Source of the DNA: Chloroflexota bacterium
GTDB lineage: Bacteria; Chloroflexota; Dehalococcoidia; UBA2979
Direction of reading: 5' to 3'
Length of the DNA stretch: 64,000 nucleotides
Assembly (NCBI GenBank): GCA_027593235.1
Contig: JAQCIU010000004.1
Span: 64,001-128,000 of the forward strand
Part shown: positions 18,139 to 27,756 of the stretch, piece by piece
How positions within the stretch are numbered: the first letter of the stretch is position 1
Layout of the letters: every line of letters begins with the position of its first letter
Translations under genes and position numbers: made by a program
The notes under the pieces: model-generated
The model's database searches: none
Told to the model about the DNA's origin: nothing
Seen by the model: only the letters and a program-made list of their open reading frames with translations

Positions 18139-19404
18139 GTGACGATCATCGGTCGCGCCTTCCGTCCGCTCCGAGAGCACGAACAGCTCCTGATGATCAC
18201 CATCTCCACGGTCCTGGTGATGGCCGGACAGGGAGTCGTCTCTCCGATCCTTCCGGCGTTCGCGAAGAGCTTCGGCGTGTCCACCTTCGTCATCGGGCTG
18301 ACGCTTACCTCGTTCGCGCTCGCGCGCATGGTGTTGAACGTCCCGCTGGGACTGCTCTCCGATCGACGAGGGCGACGGGTGCTGCTGGTCGGTGGGCCGA
18401 TCGTGACGGCGGTCGGGATGTTCGGCTCGGGATTCGCGCCCGACATCTGGCAGCTACTGGCGTGGCGGTTCGTCGCTGGCGCCGGGTCCGCGATGTACAT
18501 GACCGGAGCGCAGATTTACCTCGTGGACGTCTCCACGGCCCAGACGCGCGCGATGTTCCTGGGTACCAACCAGATGGCGATCAGCCTCGGTGTCGCGCTC
18601 GGCCCCGGGATCGGCGGCATCGTCGCGGAGTTCATGGGGCTCCGCGCCCCGTTCCACGTCGTAGGCGCGAGTGCGCTCCTCGCGGGCGCCTACGCCTACT
18701 GGCGGCTGCCCGAGACCCGCCACCTCGCGTACCGCGAACCCGCCCTCGCCGATGGTGCCGTTGCGGCAACGCCGAGCGGTGGACCACCGTGGCTACGGAT
18801 GATGCGGTCGCGCCGCTTCCTCGCCGTCGCGCTCGTCTCCATGATGATCTTCTTCACCCGCGGCGCCTCCCGACAGACCTTGATTCCGCTGATCGCGATC
18901 GACGAACTTGGTTTCTCCACCGGCGCGCTCGGCGGGTTCCTGATGGCGACCTCGTTGATGCTGATGGTGCTGCTGCCGTTGGCCGCGTTCATTGCGGACC
19001 GCTTCGGTCGGACGGCGGCGATCCTGCCGGGTGGGATCGTGGTTGGGCTCGCGCTCCTCGGTGTCGCCGCCTCGCACAGCGTGCCGCCGTTCGTCGTCTC
19101 CGGGCTCGCGCTCTCGGTCGGGTTCGCGATCGCCGGTCCAGCACCCGCCGCCTATGCCGCCGAGATCGCACCGCCGGAGATGCGAGGGCTGGCAATGGGC
19201 CTGTACCGCACCGCGGGCGACTTCGGACTGCTGATCGGCGCCCCACTGCTGGGGTTGATCGCCGATGCACGAGGCTTCGGCTGGGCGCTCGTGACGAACG
19301 CGGTGCTAATGGTTGCGGCTGTCGGGTTCTTCGCCTTCGCCGCCGGCGCGGGACGGGCGGCGCCGTCGACCGAGGCCGAGGTCGCTCGCGGCACCAGCGG
19401 CTAG
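18139..19404 (+). CDS. MFS transporter
   Basis: About 12 TM helices; motif A GLLSDRRGRR and ADRFGR. Confidence 0.9.
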   Translation: MTIIGRAFRPLREHEQLLMITISTVLVMAGQGVVSPILPAFAKSFGVSTFVIGLTLTSFALARMVLNVPLGLLSDRRGRRVLLVGGPIVTAVGMFGSGFAPDIWQLLAWRFVAGAGSAMYMTGAQIYLVDVSTAQTRAMFLGTNQMAISLGVALGPGIGGIVAEFMGLRAPFHVVGASALLAGAYAYWRLPETRHLAYREPALADGAVAATPSGGPPWLRMMRSRRFLAVALVSMMIFFTRGASRQTLIPLIAIDELGFSTGALGGFLMATSLMLMVLLPLAAFIADRFGRTAAILPGGIVVGLALLGVAASHSVPPFVVSGLALSVGFAIAGPAPAAYAAEIAPPEMRGLAMGLYRTAGDFGLLIGAPLLGLIADARGFGWALVTNAVLMVAAVGFFAFAAGAGRAAPSTEAEVARGTSG

Positions 19405-19928
19405 GCCGGCGGCTCGGTCCTGCCCTCGGCTTCCTCGGCATGAGGTCCGAGTACGCCCCAACCGAGTTCCTCGATCAGGTGCTGCTCGTCGGCCGCTGGC
19501 ACACGCAGGAAGAGGGCAGACGCCTCGACGAGCAGCGCGCCCCCGGCGTCCTCGATCGACGATTCGACCTCGATGCGGCGCCCGCGGGTGCGCGCCACGG
19601 CGGCGCGGACGATCAACCGCCCGTCCGGCGCGGCGGGCCGGCGATAGCGGGTCTCCATCTTCGCGGTCACCCCCAGCGCGCGGTGCGACGCGAACATCGC
19701 CCACGCCATCGCCTCGTCGAGCAGTGCGACCAGCACGCCGCCATGCATCACGCCGGGGAAGCCCTGGTGTTCGCGTCGGGGCGTGTAGTCGCAGATCACG
19801 CCGCCGGCCTCGCGACGGAACTCCATTCGCAGCCCCAGCGGATTGTCGCGACCGCATGCGAAGCAGTACTGCTGATAGAGCCGTTCATCGAGGAGCTCGT
19901 CCGAGGACTGGTCGCGAGCGCCGGTCAT
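19401..19928 (-). CDS. PaaI-family thioesterase
   Basis: CFACGRDNPLGL and HGGVLVALLDE motifs. Confidence 0.88.
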   Translation of the reverse strand: MTGARDQSSDELLDERLYQQYCFACGRDNPLGLRMEFRREAGGVICDYTPRREHQGFPGVMHGGVLVALLDEAMAWAMFASHRALGVTAKMETRYRRPAAPDGRLIVRAAVARTRGRRIEVESSIEDAGGALLVEASALFLRVPAADEQHLIEELGWGVLGPHAEEAEGRTEPPA

Positions 19929-19941
19929 GGTCGGCCTCCCG

Positions 19942-20337
19942 CTACGCGAGCGGTGCGCGCGCCGTCCCGGTCAGCAGCACGGTCCCGTGCTCGTCTTCGC
20001 AGCTCACCTCGTAGCGCGCGACGCCGTCCGTCACCTTCTGAAGCTCCGCGCGGGCGGTCACCGTGATCGGCGGCAGCGCGGGCGCACGCCAGCGCACCTT
20101 CAGGTGGCCGCCAGCCGCCCAGCGCTCACCAAAGGTGTTCGTCATCGCCTCGGACACCAGCGACAGCACCAGCATCCCGTGCGCGATCGGCTGACCGAAC
20201 TGGGTAGCTGCCGCCTCCGGAGTCTCCAGGTGGATCGGGTTGGGGTCGCGCCCGCCCGCCGCGTAGCGGTTCACACGCGGCTGATCGATCAGGCGGGTGA
20301 CCGGCAGCACCTCGGGGCCGGAATGCAGGTCGCTCAT
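19942..20337 (-). CDS. MaoC dehydratase, catalytic subunit (HadB-like)
   Basis: YAAGGRDPNPIH and IAHGM motifs. Confidence 0.85.
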   Translation of the reverse strand: MSDLHSGPEVLPVTRLIDQPRVNRYAAGGRDPNPIHLETPEAAATQFGQPIAHGMLVLSLVSEAMTNTFGERWAAGGHLKVRWRAPALPPITVTARAELQKVTDGVARYEVSCEDEHGTVLLTGTARAPLA

Positions 20338-20771
20338 TCGGCGAGCAGATCTGGGTCGACGCCCTCAGGAACCAGCATCACCGTCGTGCGGCCGCGACCA
20401 ACGACCGCGTCGCGTGCGCGCAACTCGATCGCGAACACGACCATGCGCGCACCGCGCCGCTCGGAGTTCGAGACGACGACGATGCTTACCTCGACGCTCT
20501 CGCCGATCGGAACCGGCGCGACGAAGTCGTACTCCTGGCCGGTGTGCACCAGGCCACCCGGCACCTTGAACCGATCCATCAGCCCACCAAGCGCGAAAGC
20601 GCCGAGCGCGAGCGGGGGCACGTAGCGACCCCACAATTCGTTTTGCTCGCCGGTGGCGCTCAGATAGAGCGTGACATCGTCGGCATTCACCAGGAGATAG
20701 AAGGAAGGCAGCGCGTAACCGCGCTCAAGGGTCGCAAACTCGCCCTTTGTCTGCGATGGGGCCTCGGGCAC
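20334..20771 (-). CDS. MaoC-like non-catalytic hotdog partner (HadA-like)
   Basis: VPPLA and LVHTGQEYDFVAPV motifs; ATGA overlap with the next gene. Confidence 0.78.
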   Translation of the reverse strand: MPEAPSQTKGEFATLERGYALPSFYLLVNADDVTLYLSATGEQNELWGRYVPPLALGAFALGGLMDRFKVPGGLVHTGQEYDFVAPVPIGESVEVSIVVVSNSERRGARMVVFAIELRARDAVVGRGRTTVMLVPEGVDPDLLAE

Positions 20772-20778
20772 CGCGCCG

Positions 20779-21126
20779 TTAACCCTCGACCGTCTCGACG
20801 GTCATGTGCGATCGCCCCCATGCGGCCAGTGGCTTCATCGCCACCGCCAGTTCCCGCCCGCGCGCGGTGAGTTCGTACTCCACCCAGGGCGGGTTGGTCT
20901 CCACGATCTCGCGGTGGACCACGCCCACCTGTTCGAGTTCTTTGAGACGGTCACGTAGCGTCCGCGAGTTGCATCCGCCCACCCGCTCCGCCAGTTCGTT
21001 GAAGCGCCGCTTGCCGCCGGTCAGTTCGTAGACGATGTGCGGAACCCACTTCTGACCGACGAGCGCCAGCGTCGTGCGCACCGGGCAGAACTCACCTTCG
21101 CGGGTCTGGGTCAGCTTTGCTTCCAC
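20779..21126 (-). CDS. HxlR-family winged-helix regulator
   Basis: CPV...KW, RRFNEL, PPWVEYELT motifs; GTG start after GGAG. Confidence 0.9.
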   Translation of the reverse strand: MEAKLTQTREGEFCPVRTTLALVGQKWVPHIVYELTGGKRRFNELAERVGGCNSRTLRDRLKELEQVGVVHREIVETNPPWVEYELTARGRELAVAMKPLAAWGRSHMTVETVEG

Positions 21127-21196
21127 CGTGGCATCTCCATCAGCGACGCTAGCGCACGCCGATGTGGAGCGTCCATCGGCCCGCGGGCGCGGCAAG

Positions 21197-21646
21197 CTAG
21201 CCGAGGTGCGCCAGCACCTCGGAGTGATCGCGGGTCTCGGGCAGCGAGTCGCTCTTGGTGGTGTAAACGACCTCCCCGGCGGCGTCGATCACCACGGTCA
21301 GCCGGTTCGCCACGCCAACATCTTCGTTCCACGTACCGTAGAGACGGGCAACGTCGCCCTTCATGTCGGCAAGCAGTGCGTGGTCCAGGTTCTGCGCGTC
21401 CTTGAAGGCCTTGTGCACGAAATGGCTGTCGCGGCTGATCCCGAGCACCGTCGCGCCCTGCTGACCCCAGTCCTGGTGCTCGTCGCGGATCTCGCAGTGC
21501 TCGGCGGTGCACGGCGGCGAGAAGTCGAAGGGGTAGAACATCAACACCACAGGCTTGCCGCGGAGCGCGGAGAGGGTGACCGGTTCGCGGTCCTGGTTCG
21601 GCAGGGTGAAGTCTGGTGCGCTCTGGCCAACCTCGATCGTCATCAC
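21197..21646 (-). CDS. Peroxiredoxin (AhpE/BCP-like)
   Basis: APDFTL, FYPFDFSPPCTAEHC (PxxxSxxC plus CxxxxC). Confidence 0.88.
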   Translation of the reverse strand: MMTIEVGQSAPDFTLPNQDREPVTLSALRGKPVVLMFYPFDFSPPCTAEHCEIRDEHQDWGQQGATVLGISRDSHFVHKAFKDAQNLDHALLADMKGDVARLYGTWNEDVGVANRLTVVIDAAGEVVYTTKSDSLPETRDHSEVLAHLG

Positions 21647-21792
21647 ACAATCCCTTCATGTTCGGTCGAACCAGCCACGAAACTCGCCTCAGTGGCAGGA
21701 CGCCCGGAATGTTCGTCGTGCCTCGATCATAGCAACGGCCGATCGAGGTAGGTCGAGATGGCCCGAGGCGCCCGCAGCGGTGACGTCGACGC

Positions 21793-22239
21793 CTACCGCC
21801 CGTCGTCGCCCTCGAGGCCGAGCGCCGGAACCACCATGAACGTCCCGCTCGCCGCGCCGACGAGTTCGTCGCGCTCGTCGAACAGCTCCGCCGTGCAATG
21901 CGACAGGGTGCGCCCGCGACGGACCAGCCGTCCGACTGATCGCAACGTCCGGCCGTGCGCCGCACGCAGCCAGCGCAGATCGAGCTGGGCGGTCACCGCG
22001 CGCTCTCGCTCCACCTCGATCATCGTGCGAATCGCACCACCCATCGAGGAGTCCGCCACCACCGCCCACATCCCGCCGTGGAGAACGCCGTCGCCGTTCA
22101 GCAACTCGTCGCGGACGGTGAGCGACACCTCGATCCAACCGGCGCCACCGCCGGTGATGTCCAGCCCGAGGTAGTTGTAGGACGGGCTGATCATCGAGCG
22201 CGCACGCTCGAGGGCGAGCGCATCGGAGACCTCGGTCAT
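21793..22239 (-). CDS. PaaI-family thioesterase
   Basis: NGDGVLHGG..AD motif; ATGA overlap with znuB. Confidence 0.85.
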   Translation of the reverse strand: MTEVSDALALERARSMISPSYNYLGLDITGGGAGWIEVSLTVRDELLNGDGVLHGGMWAVVADSSMGGAIRTMIEVERERAVTAQLDLRWLRAAHGRTLRSVGRLVRRGRTLSHCTAELFDERDELVGAASGTFMVVPALGLEGDDGR

Positions 22240-23102
22240 GCGTCACGCCCGTCCGCTGCCGCGTGCGGGATCGCTGCGGTCGGCGCAACGCGACGGCGAG
22301 CCGTCGCCGCCAGCGTCACCGCGAACGCCGCGCACGCGACCAGCACGATCGCGGGGCTCGTCGCGACATTCGCATGGAACGACAGGTGGAGCCCGACCAC
22401 CGAGGATGTCGCGCCGAGGGCGACCGCCAACACCATGATCTGCTCGATCCGCCTCGCAACCAGCGAGGCGGTCGCCGCGGGCACGATCAGCATGGCGTTC
22501 ACCAGCACGATGCCGATCGCCTTCAGGGCAACGACGACCGCGACCGCGATCAGCACCAGCAACGCGTACTGGAAGAACCGCACCGGAACGCCGACGGTGG
22601 CGGCCATGGAGGGGTCGTAGGCAACCATGCTCAGCTCGCGGCGGAAGGCGGCGACGAAAGCGAGCGTCGCTGCGCCGAGGAGGAGTGCGCCGAGGAGGTC
22701 AGACTGCGAGACGCCGAGGATGTTGCCGAAGACGAATGAGAAGAGGTCGGGGGTGTAGGAGGTGCGGCGCGAGATGACGAGGATGCCGAGCGAGAACATC
22801 GCGACAAAGAGGATCCCGATCGCGGTGTCGTAGGAGACGCGACCGCGCCGCTGCGTCCAGCCGATCCCGAGGGCGGTCGCGACGGCCGCGATAAGCGCGC
22901 CAAGGCTGACGTTGGCGCCGTTGACGAAGGCGATCGCGACGCCGGCGAGCGTGCTGTGCGCGAGTGCGTCACCGGAGAAGGCTAGGCCCTTGTGCACGAC
23001 GAAGGTTCCGACGACGCCGCCGACGACGCTGACGACGAGCAGCACCAGCAGCGCGCGGCGCATGAACTCGAACTGGTAGGGATCGAGGATCCAGTCGATC
23101 AT
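22236..23102 (-). CDS. znuB: Zn/Mn ABC transporter permease
   Basis: GDALAH, FGNIL and LIVPAATA motifs. Confidence 0.9.
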   Translation of the reverse strand: MIDWILDPYQFEFMRRALLVLLVVSVVGGVVGTFVVHKGLAFSGDALAHSTLAGVAIAFVNGANVSLGALIAAVATALGIGWTQRRGRVSYDTAIGILFVAMFSLGILVISRRTSYTPDLFSFVFGNILGVSQSDLLGALLLGAATLAFVAAFRRELSMVAYDPSMAATVGVPVRFFQYALLVLIAVAVVVALKAIGIVLVNAMLIVPAATASLVARRIEQIMVLAVALGATSSVVGLHLSFHANVATSPAIVLVACAAFAVTLAATARRRVAPTAAIPHAAADGRDA

Positions 23103-23117
23103 CTCGCGCCCGCCCGC

Positions 23118-24023
23118 TTACTCACCGGCGATGTGCTCGTCGTAGGCCGCAACTTGCGCGGGTGGGTGGGGGCTGGCGAACTGTGGGGCGAAGGACGCGA
23201 CCTGAAGCAGGTGGCGGTCGAAGGTGCGTGACAGCACGTCCTCGGTGAGGACGGCGGCGGGGGAGCCGGAGGCGATGACCCGCCGGTTGAGGCAGACCAC
23301 GTCGTCCGAACAACTCGCGACGCAGGAGAGGTCGTGGGTCGCCAGCAAGACACTGCGCCCGTCCTGCACGAGCGCGTCGAGGATTTCGAGGAGATCGTGC
23401 TGCACGGCGGCGTCGAGTCCGGCGAAGGGCTCGTCGAGGAGCAGCAGGCGGGAGCCGCGGGCGATCGAACGCGCCATCAGGACACGGCGGCGCTGGCCGC
23501 CGGAGAGTTCGCCCACCTGGCGTGAGGCGAAGCGACTCAGACCGACACGCTCAATCGCCTCGGCGGCGGCCTCGCGATTGGCTCGCGACCAACCTCCGAA
23601 GGGACGCAGGCGCTGATAGCAGCCCATCAGCACGACGTCAGTGACGGAGACCGGGAAATTCCAATCAACGTCCTCGAGCTGTGGCATGTAGGCGATCAGC
23701 GCGCGCGCCTCGCGTACCGGTTTCCCGAAGGCGAGTACCTGGCCGCGGATCGGTTCGACCAGCCCGAGGATCGATTTGAAGAGCGTCGACTTGCCGGCGC
23801 CGTTGGGACCGACCAGCCCCACGATCTCGCCGAGCGGAACGCGCAGATCGACGGCCTCGATCGCCGGCGGCTGGCCGGGGTAGCCGGCCCAGAGATCGCG
23901 AACCTCGAGGGCCAACTCGCCGTGTTCGTGCCCCGGCGGGAGCGGCTCGCGTGCCAGCTCATGATCGCCGAGCACCGTCGGGGCGGATTCCGCCGCGGAG
24001 GGCGACGGTGGTGCAGAGGTCAT
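23118..24023 (-). CDS. znuC: Zn/Mn ABC transporter ATPase
   Basis: GPNGAGKST, FPVSV, LSGGQ and LDEPF motifs. Confidence 0.9.
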   Translation of the reverse strand: MTSAPPSPSAAESAPTVLGDHELAREPLPPGHEHGELALEVRDLWAGYPGQPPAIEAVDLRVPLGEIVGLVGPNGAGKSTLFKSILGLVEPIRGQVLAFGKPVREARALIAYMPQLEDVDWNFPVSVTDVVLMGCYQRLRPFGGWSRANREAAAEAIERVGLSRFASRQVGELSGGQRRRVLMARSIARGSRLLLLDEPFAGLDAAVQHDLLEILDALVQDGRSVLLATHDLSCVASCSDDVVCLNRRVIASGSPAAVLTEDVLSRTFDRHLLQVASFAPQFASPHPPAQVAAYDEHIAGE

Positions 24024-24086
24024 CTTCCAGCCCTTTCCGCGGCGCCCGCGCCGGTGCCATCGGCACGAACGGCGCCGAGTGTAGTC

Positions 24087-25037
24087 CTAGCGCCCGAGGC
24101 CTTCGACCAGCGCAGCCGCGTTCGCTCGCATCAGCTCCGGGTAGCTGGCGACGCCGTCCGCGAAGTTGGAATAGAGCAGCAGCACTTCGACCCCCGTCTC
24201 ATCCGCGACCGAGGTGAGGACTGCCGCGTTGAACTGCGGCTCGCGGTAGATCGCCGGGACGCCGCGCTCGCGAATCAGCTCGATGAGGGCGACCACCGCG
24301 CCCGCGTTCGGATCCTGCTGCGCACCGGCCGGCAGCAGCGTCGCGATCACCTCGAGGTCGTAAGCGGCCGCGAAGTACTGGTACGCGTCGTGCAGCACGA
24401 CGAGCTGCCGATCGCCCTGGGGGATCGTCGCGATCGCGGCGCGGATCTCACCGTCCAGGGCGCGCAGCTCCTCGATGTACGCGGCGGCGCGTGATTCGTA
24501 GCCGGCGCTCGATGCGGGATCGAGCGCGACGAGTTGGTCCCGAATCACTTCGACGTAGGAGATCGCGTTGTCCACCGCGAGCCAGAAGTGCGGATCGCCA
24601 TCGGCGAAGACGAGGTCATCGGGATCGCGGGCTTCGGCTTCGTGGTCGGCGTCATCGTCATCATGCCCACCAGCGAGCGGGGTCAGCCCGGCGGCAACCG
24701 GGACGACGGGGGTCCCATCGGCAACGTTGGCGAGAATGATGTCGAGCAGGCCTTCCTCAAGGTGGTAACCGTTGACGAAGACGATGTCGGCTTCCGCGAT
24801 TGCCGCGGCCGTTGCGGGCGCCGGTTCGTAGCTGTGGACATCGACACCCGCCGGGATCAGCGTCGACACCTGCGCGTCATCCCCGGCAACGGTGGCCGCA
24901 AACTCGGCGATCAGCGCCGTGGAAGCGGCGATCCGGATCGACCCATCGTCAGCGGGGGTGGTTCCCTCGCCGCCACAGGCGCTCGCGGTGACCAGAGCGA
25001 CCAGGAACAAGAGAGCCGTTGCGTGGCGGGACTGCAC
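24087..25037 (-). CDS. znuA: Zn/Mn ABC transporter substrate-binding lipoprotein
   Basis: ASAC lipobox, DVHSYEP, His/Asp loop, DPHFW and HDAYQY motifs. Confidence 0.9.
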   Translation of the reverse strand: MQSRHATALLFLVALVTASACGGEGTTPADDGSIRIAASTALIAEFAATVAGDDAQVSTLIPAGVDVHSYEPAPATAAAIAEADIVFVNGYHLEEGLLDIILANVADGTPVVPVAAGLTPLAGGHDDDDADHEAEARDPDDLVFADGDPHFWLAVDNAISYVEVIRDQLVALDPASSAGYESRAAAYIEELRALDGEIRAAIATIPQGDRQLVVLHDAYQYFAAAYDLEVIATLLPAGAQQDPNAGAVVALIELIRERGVPAIYREPQFNAAVLTSVADETGVEVLLLYSNFADGVASYPELMRANAAALVEGLGR

Positions 25038-25050
25038 GGGCGTGCCTTTC

Positions 25051-25088
25051 TGATACTGCATCTCGATCCGTATCGATACTGTGTATCA
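25051..25088. promoter_or_regulatory. Tandem candidate Zur/Fur operator
   Basis: cGATAC-tgt-GTATCa (25074-25088) and a degenerate copy TGATAC-tgc-aTcTCg (25051-25065) between zur and znuA. Confidence 0.6.
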
Positions 25089-25133
25089 AGTAGAGATCCC
25101 GTGCGTCAAGACGATGGACGCCCATCCCGAGTT

Positions 25134-25553
25134 CTAGGCGTCGCAGTCGGAGCAGCGCCCGTAGAGCTCGAGGCGATGCGTGTCGATGTCGAATCCGGTG
25201 CTGGTGGCGACGCGTTCGAGTTCACCCTCGAGGCCGTCGCTGGCGAACTCCGTGACGCGCCCACATTCGGTACAGATGACGTGATGGTGGTGATCGGCCT
25301 GGTCATCGTCCGCGAGCTGGTAGACGGCGGTTCCGTCGTCCAGCACGACCTGGCAGATGACGCCGAGTTCCCGCATCAGCTTCATCGTTCGAAAGACGGT
25401 GGCGCGACCGACCGTGGGCGACGCGACCTGGACTTCTTCGGCGGTGAAGTGGTTGCCCAGCACGCGCATGGTGTCGAGCACCGCGCGTCGCGGATTGGTG
25501 AGTCGATAACCGCTACGCGAGAGGGTGCGCTCGATCGGATCGGCTGTGGTCAT
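25134..25553 (-). CDS. zur: Fur-family regulator (Zur-like)
   Basis: RLTNPR, ATVFR, HHHHVICTECG and GRCSDC motifs; lies upstream of znuACB. Confidence 0.85.
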   Translation of the reverse strand: MTTADPIERTLSRSGYRLTNPRRAVLDTMRVLGNHFTAEEVQVASPTVGRATVFRTMKLMRELGVICQVVLDDGTAVYQLADDDQADHHHHVICTECGRVTEFASDGLEGELERVATSTGFDIDTHRLELYGRCSDCDA

Positions 25554-25617
25554 GCCGTCATGGTCCCGAGGGGCGTCCCGGTCTGTCAATCAGCGACTGA
25601 TCGGGCATAGTTGTCGC

Positions 25618-26877
25618 GTGGGCAACGCGCAGCGCTGGCGAATCGGTCTCTGGCTATCAATGCTCGTCGGCGTGCTGTACATCGCGTACGGCGCACGCGG
25701 CGCATTGCTGCCGTTTGCCGTGGGCGGGCTGCTGGCCTACGCGCTTGCGCCGATCGTCGATCGCATCGCCGCGGTGATCCCCGCGCGTTCACACCGCGGG
25801 GACGTCTACCGGCGCGGCCTTGCGGTGGTGCTGCTCTATGTGGCGATCGGATCCGCGGCCTTCGTCGCGGGCTCCGCCGCGATTCCGATCGCCGCCGACC
25901 AGGTGACGGAGTTCGTGGACACGCTGCCGGAGACGGTGGATGCCGCCCGCGAGCAGGTCAACGTGTGGCTGGAGGTCTACCGGGAGCGGGCGCCGGCGGA
26001 TATCCAGGAGCGGGTCGACTCGCTCGTCGAGGACGCCACCAACGGCGCCGTGGATGCCGCGACGGCGATGGGACAGCGCACGATCGGGGTGCTGACGGGC
26101 ACGCTCACCGTAGTAGTGGGCTTCGCGATCATGCCGTTCTGGATGTTCTACGCGCTGCGTGATCGCCACTTCGTACGGAAGAACTTCCTACAGGCGATCC
26201 CGGAGGCGTTCCGGGACGACGGGATCAACCTGCTGCACATCGGTGACCGGCTGCTCGGGCGCTACATCCGTGCGCAGCTACTGCTGGGCGTGGTCGTCGG
26301 TACGGCGGTGGGTGTATCGCTCACGCTGCTGGATGTTCCGCTGTCGCTCGCGCTCGCGGTGATCGCGGGGGTGACGGAGCTGATCCCGATCGTCGGCCCG
26401 TGGATCGGCGCGCTACCGGGACTGCTGTTGGTCGCCGCGACGGAGCCAGACAAGATCGTGTGGGTGGCCCTGGTGTACTTCATGGTGCAGCAGGTGGAGA
26501 ACCTGTTGCTGGTCCCGCGGATCCAGGGCGAGGCGCTGGAGATGCACCCGGCGATGATCCTGCTGGTGCTGTCGCTGGGCGGCGCGGCGTTCGGGTTCAT
26601 CGGGCTGATCGTCGCGGTGCCACTGAGTGCGTTGCTGCGCGAGGTGTTCTGGTACGTGGATCGCCGATTGCGGGGCGAACTGCCGGAGGAGGCGCTGGCC
26701 GCCAGCCACGTCGGCCGGCTCGCGGACGTCGAGGCCCAATTGTCGCACCGCGACCAGCTCCGGCCAGAGCCGCTGAGCAGCATGCTGGCCGTCATGCAGC
26801 CGGCGCTGGCGACGGTCGACTCGGCTGACGGTGGCGATGCGGCTGGCGACGACGATCCCACTGACGAGGACGAGTAG
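25618..26877 (+). CDS. AI-2E (PerM) family transporter
   Basis: LAYALAP, GRYIRAQ, IPIVGP, QQVEN..PRI and MHP motifs. Confidence 0.9.
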   Translation: MGNAQRWRIGLWLSMLVGVLYIAYGARGALLPFAVGGLLAYALAPIVDRIAAVIPARSHRGDVYRRGLAVVLLYVAIGSAAFVAGSAAIPIAADQVTEFVDTLPETVDAAREQVNVWLEVYRERAPADIQERVDSLVEDATNGAVDAATAMGQRTIGVLTGTLTVVVGFAIMPFWMFYALRDRHFVRKNFLQAIPEAFRDDGINLLHIGDRLLGRYIRAQLLLGVVVGTAVGVSLTLLDVPLSLALAVIAGVTELIPIVGPWIGALPGLLLVAATEPDKIVWVALVYFMVQQVENLLLVPRIQGEALEMHPAMILLVLSLGGAAFGFIGLIVAVPLSALLREVFWYVDRRLRGELPEEALAASHVGRLADVEAQLSHRDQLRPEPLSSMLAVMQPALATVDSADGGDAAGDDDPTDEDE

Positions 26878-26895
26878 CCGCCGACGGCTGCCGGC

Positions 26896-27756
26896 CTAGT
26901 TCGTGCCCCCGACGCTCAGCACGACGGGCCCGTCCGGGACGGTGCTGGTCGAAACCTGGTTGGTCGCGAAGACCACCACGGTCTGCGGCCATGCCCCGGG
27001 CGGGATCGAGATCAGGGTGATCGTTTCGCCGCCGGCCGGGACGATCGACTCCGAGGCGATCGAATTTCCCCAACGGTCCATCAGGGTGATCCGGTAGACG
27101 TCACCGAAGCCAATCGGCGGCAGATTACGAAGCACGACCACCGCCGCATCAGCGGAGGCGCTCCAGGTGTAGGAGCCGGTTGCGCCATGGGCGGCGCCGG
27201 TTGCGATCAACTCGGCCGATTCGGCTTCCGGGTCGAGCAAGATCGAGGTTGCGGAGCGCGTCTCGTTGAGCTGTGTCGCCAGGGAGCTGATATCACGCCG
27301 GCTGTCGGGGACGGCGGCGATCTGATCGAGGCGCTTGGCGTCCGCCTCGACGACGGCGGTCAGCAGCGCGGCCTGGTCGCGCAGTTCCAACATGTCTTGC
27401 TGGAGGTTGACGGCCCAGATGCTGACGATGGCGAGCGTGGCGGCCATCCCGGCCAGGGGGACAAACCGAGCGACGGGGAAGTGTAGGCGGCGGCTGCGGG
27501 TCGCCGGCATCCGACGGGCCGCCGCGAGCACGCGCTCACGGAGGGCAGCGGGTGGCCGGTGCAACGGCGCAGCGAACGCCAGCAACTCCGCGATCTCGCG
27601 GAATCCCTCGACCTCGCGGGCCGCTGCCGGATCGGACTGGATCAGCCGTTCGGCATCCTCGGCATCGGGCGCGCTCAGCGTCCCGAGTGCATAGGACGCG
27701 AGCAGTGCCTCACGCTCCTCCGGAATCATCGCTTCCCCCTGGTCGCTGCTCGACAT
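26896..27756 (-). CDS. Anti-sigma factor (RskA-like)
   Basis: LLASYALGTL N-terminus, PPAALRERVL, one TM helix, LPP extracytoplasmic domain; overlaps the sigma gene. Confidence 0.82.
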   Translation of the reverse strand: MSSSDQGEAMIPEEREALLASYALGTLSAPDAEDAERLIQSDPAAAREVEGFREIAELLAFAAPLHRPPAALRERVLAAARRMPATRSRRLHFPVARFVPLAGMAATLAIVSIWAVNLQQDMLELRDQAALLTAVVEADAKRLDQIAAVPDSRRDISSLATQLNETRSATSILLDPEAESAELIATGAAHGATGSYTWSASADAAVVVLRNLPPIGFGDVYRITLMDRWGNSIASESIVPAGGETITLISIPPGAWPQTVVVFATNQVSTSTVPDGPVVLSVGGTN

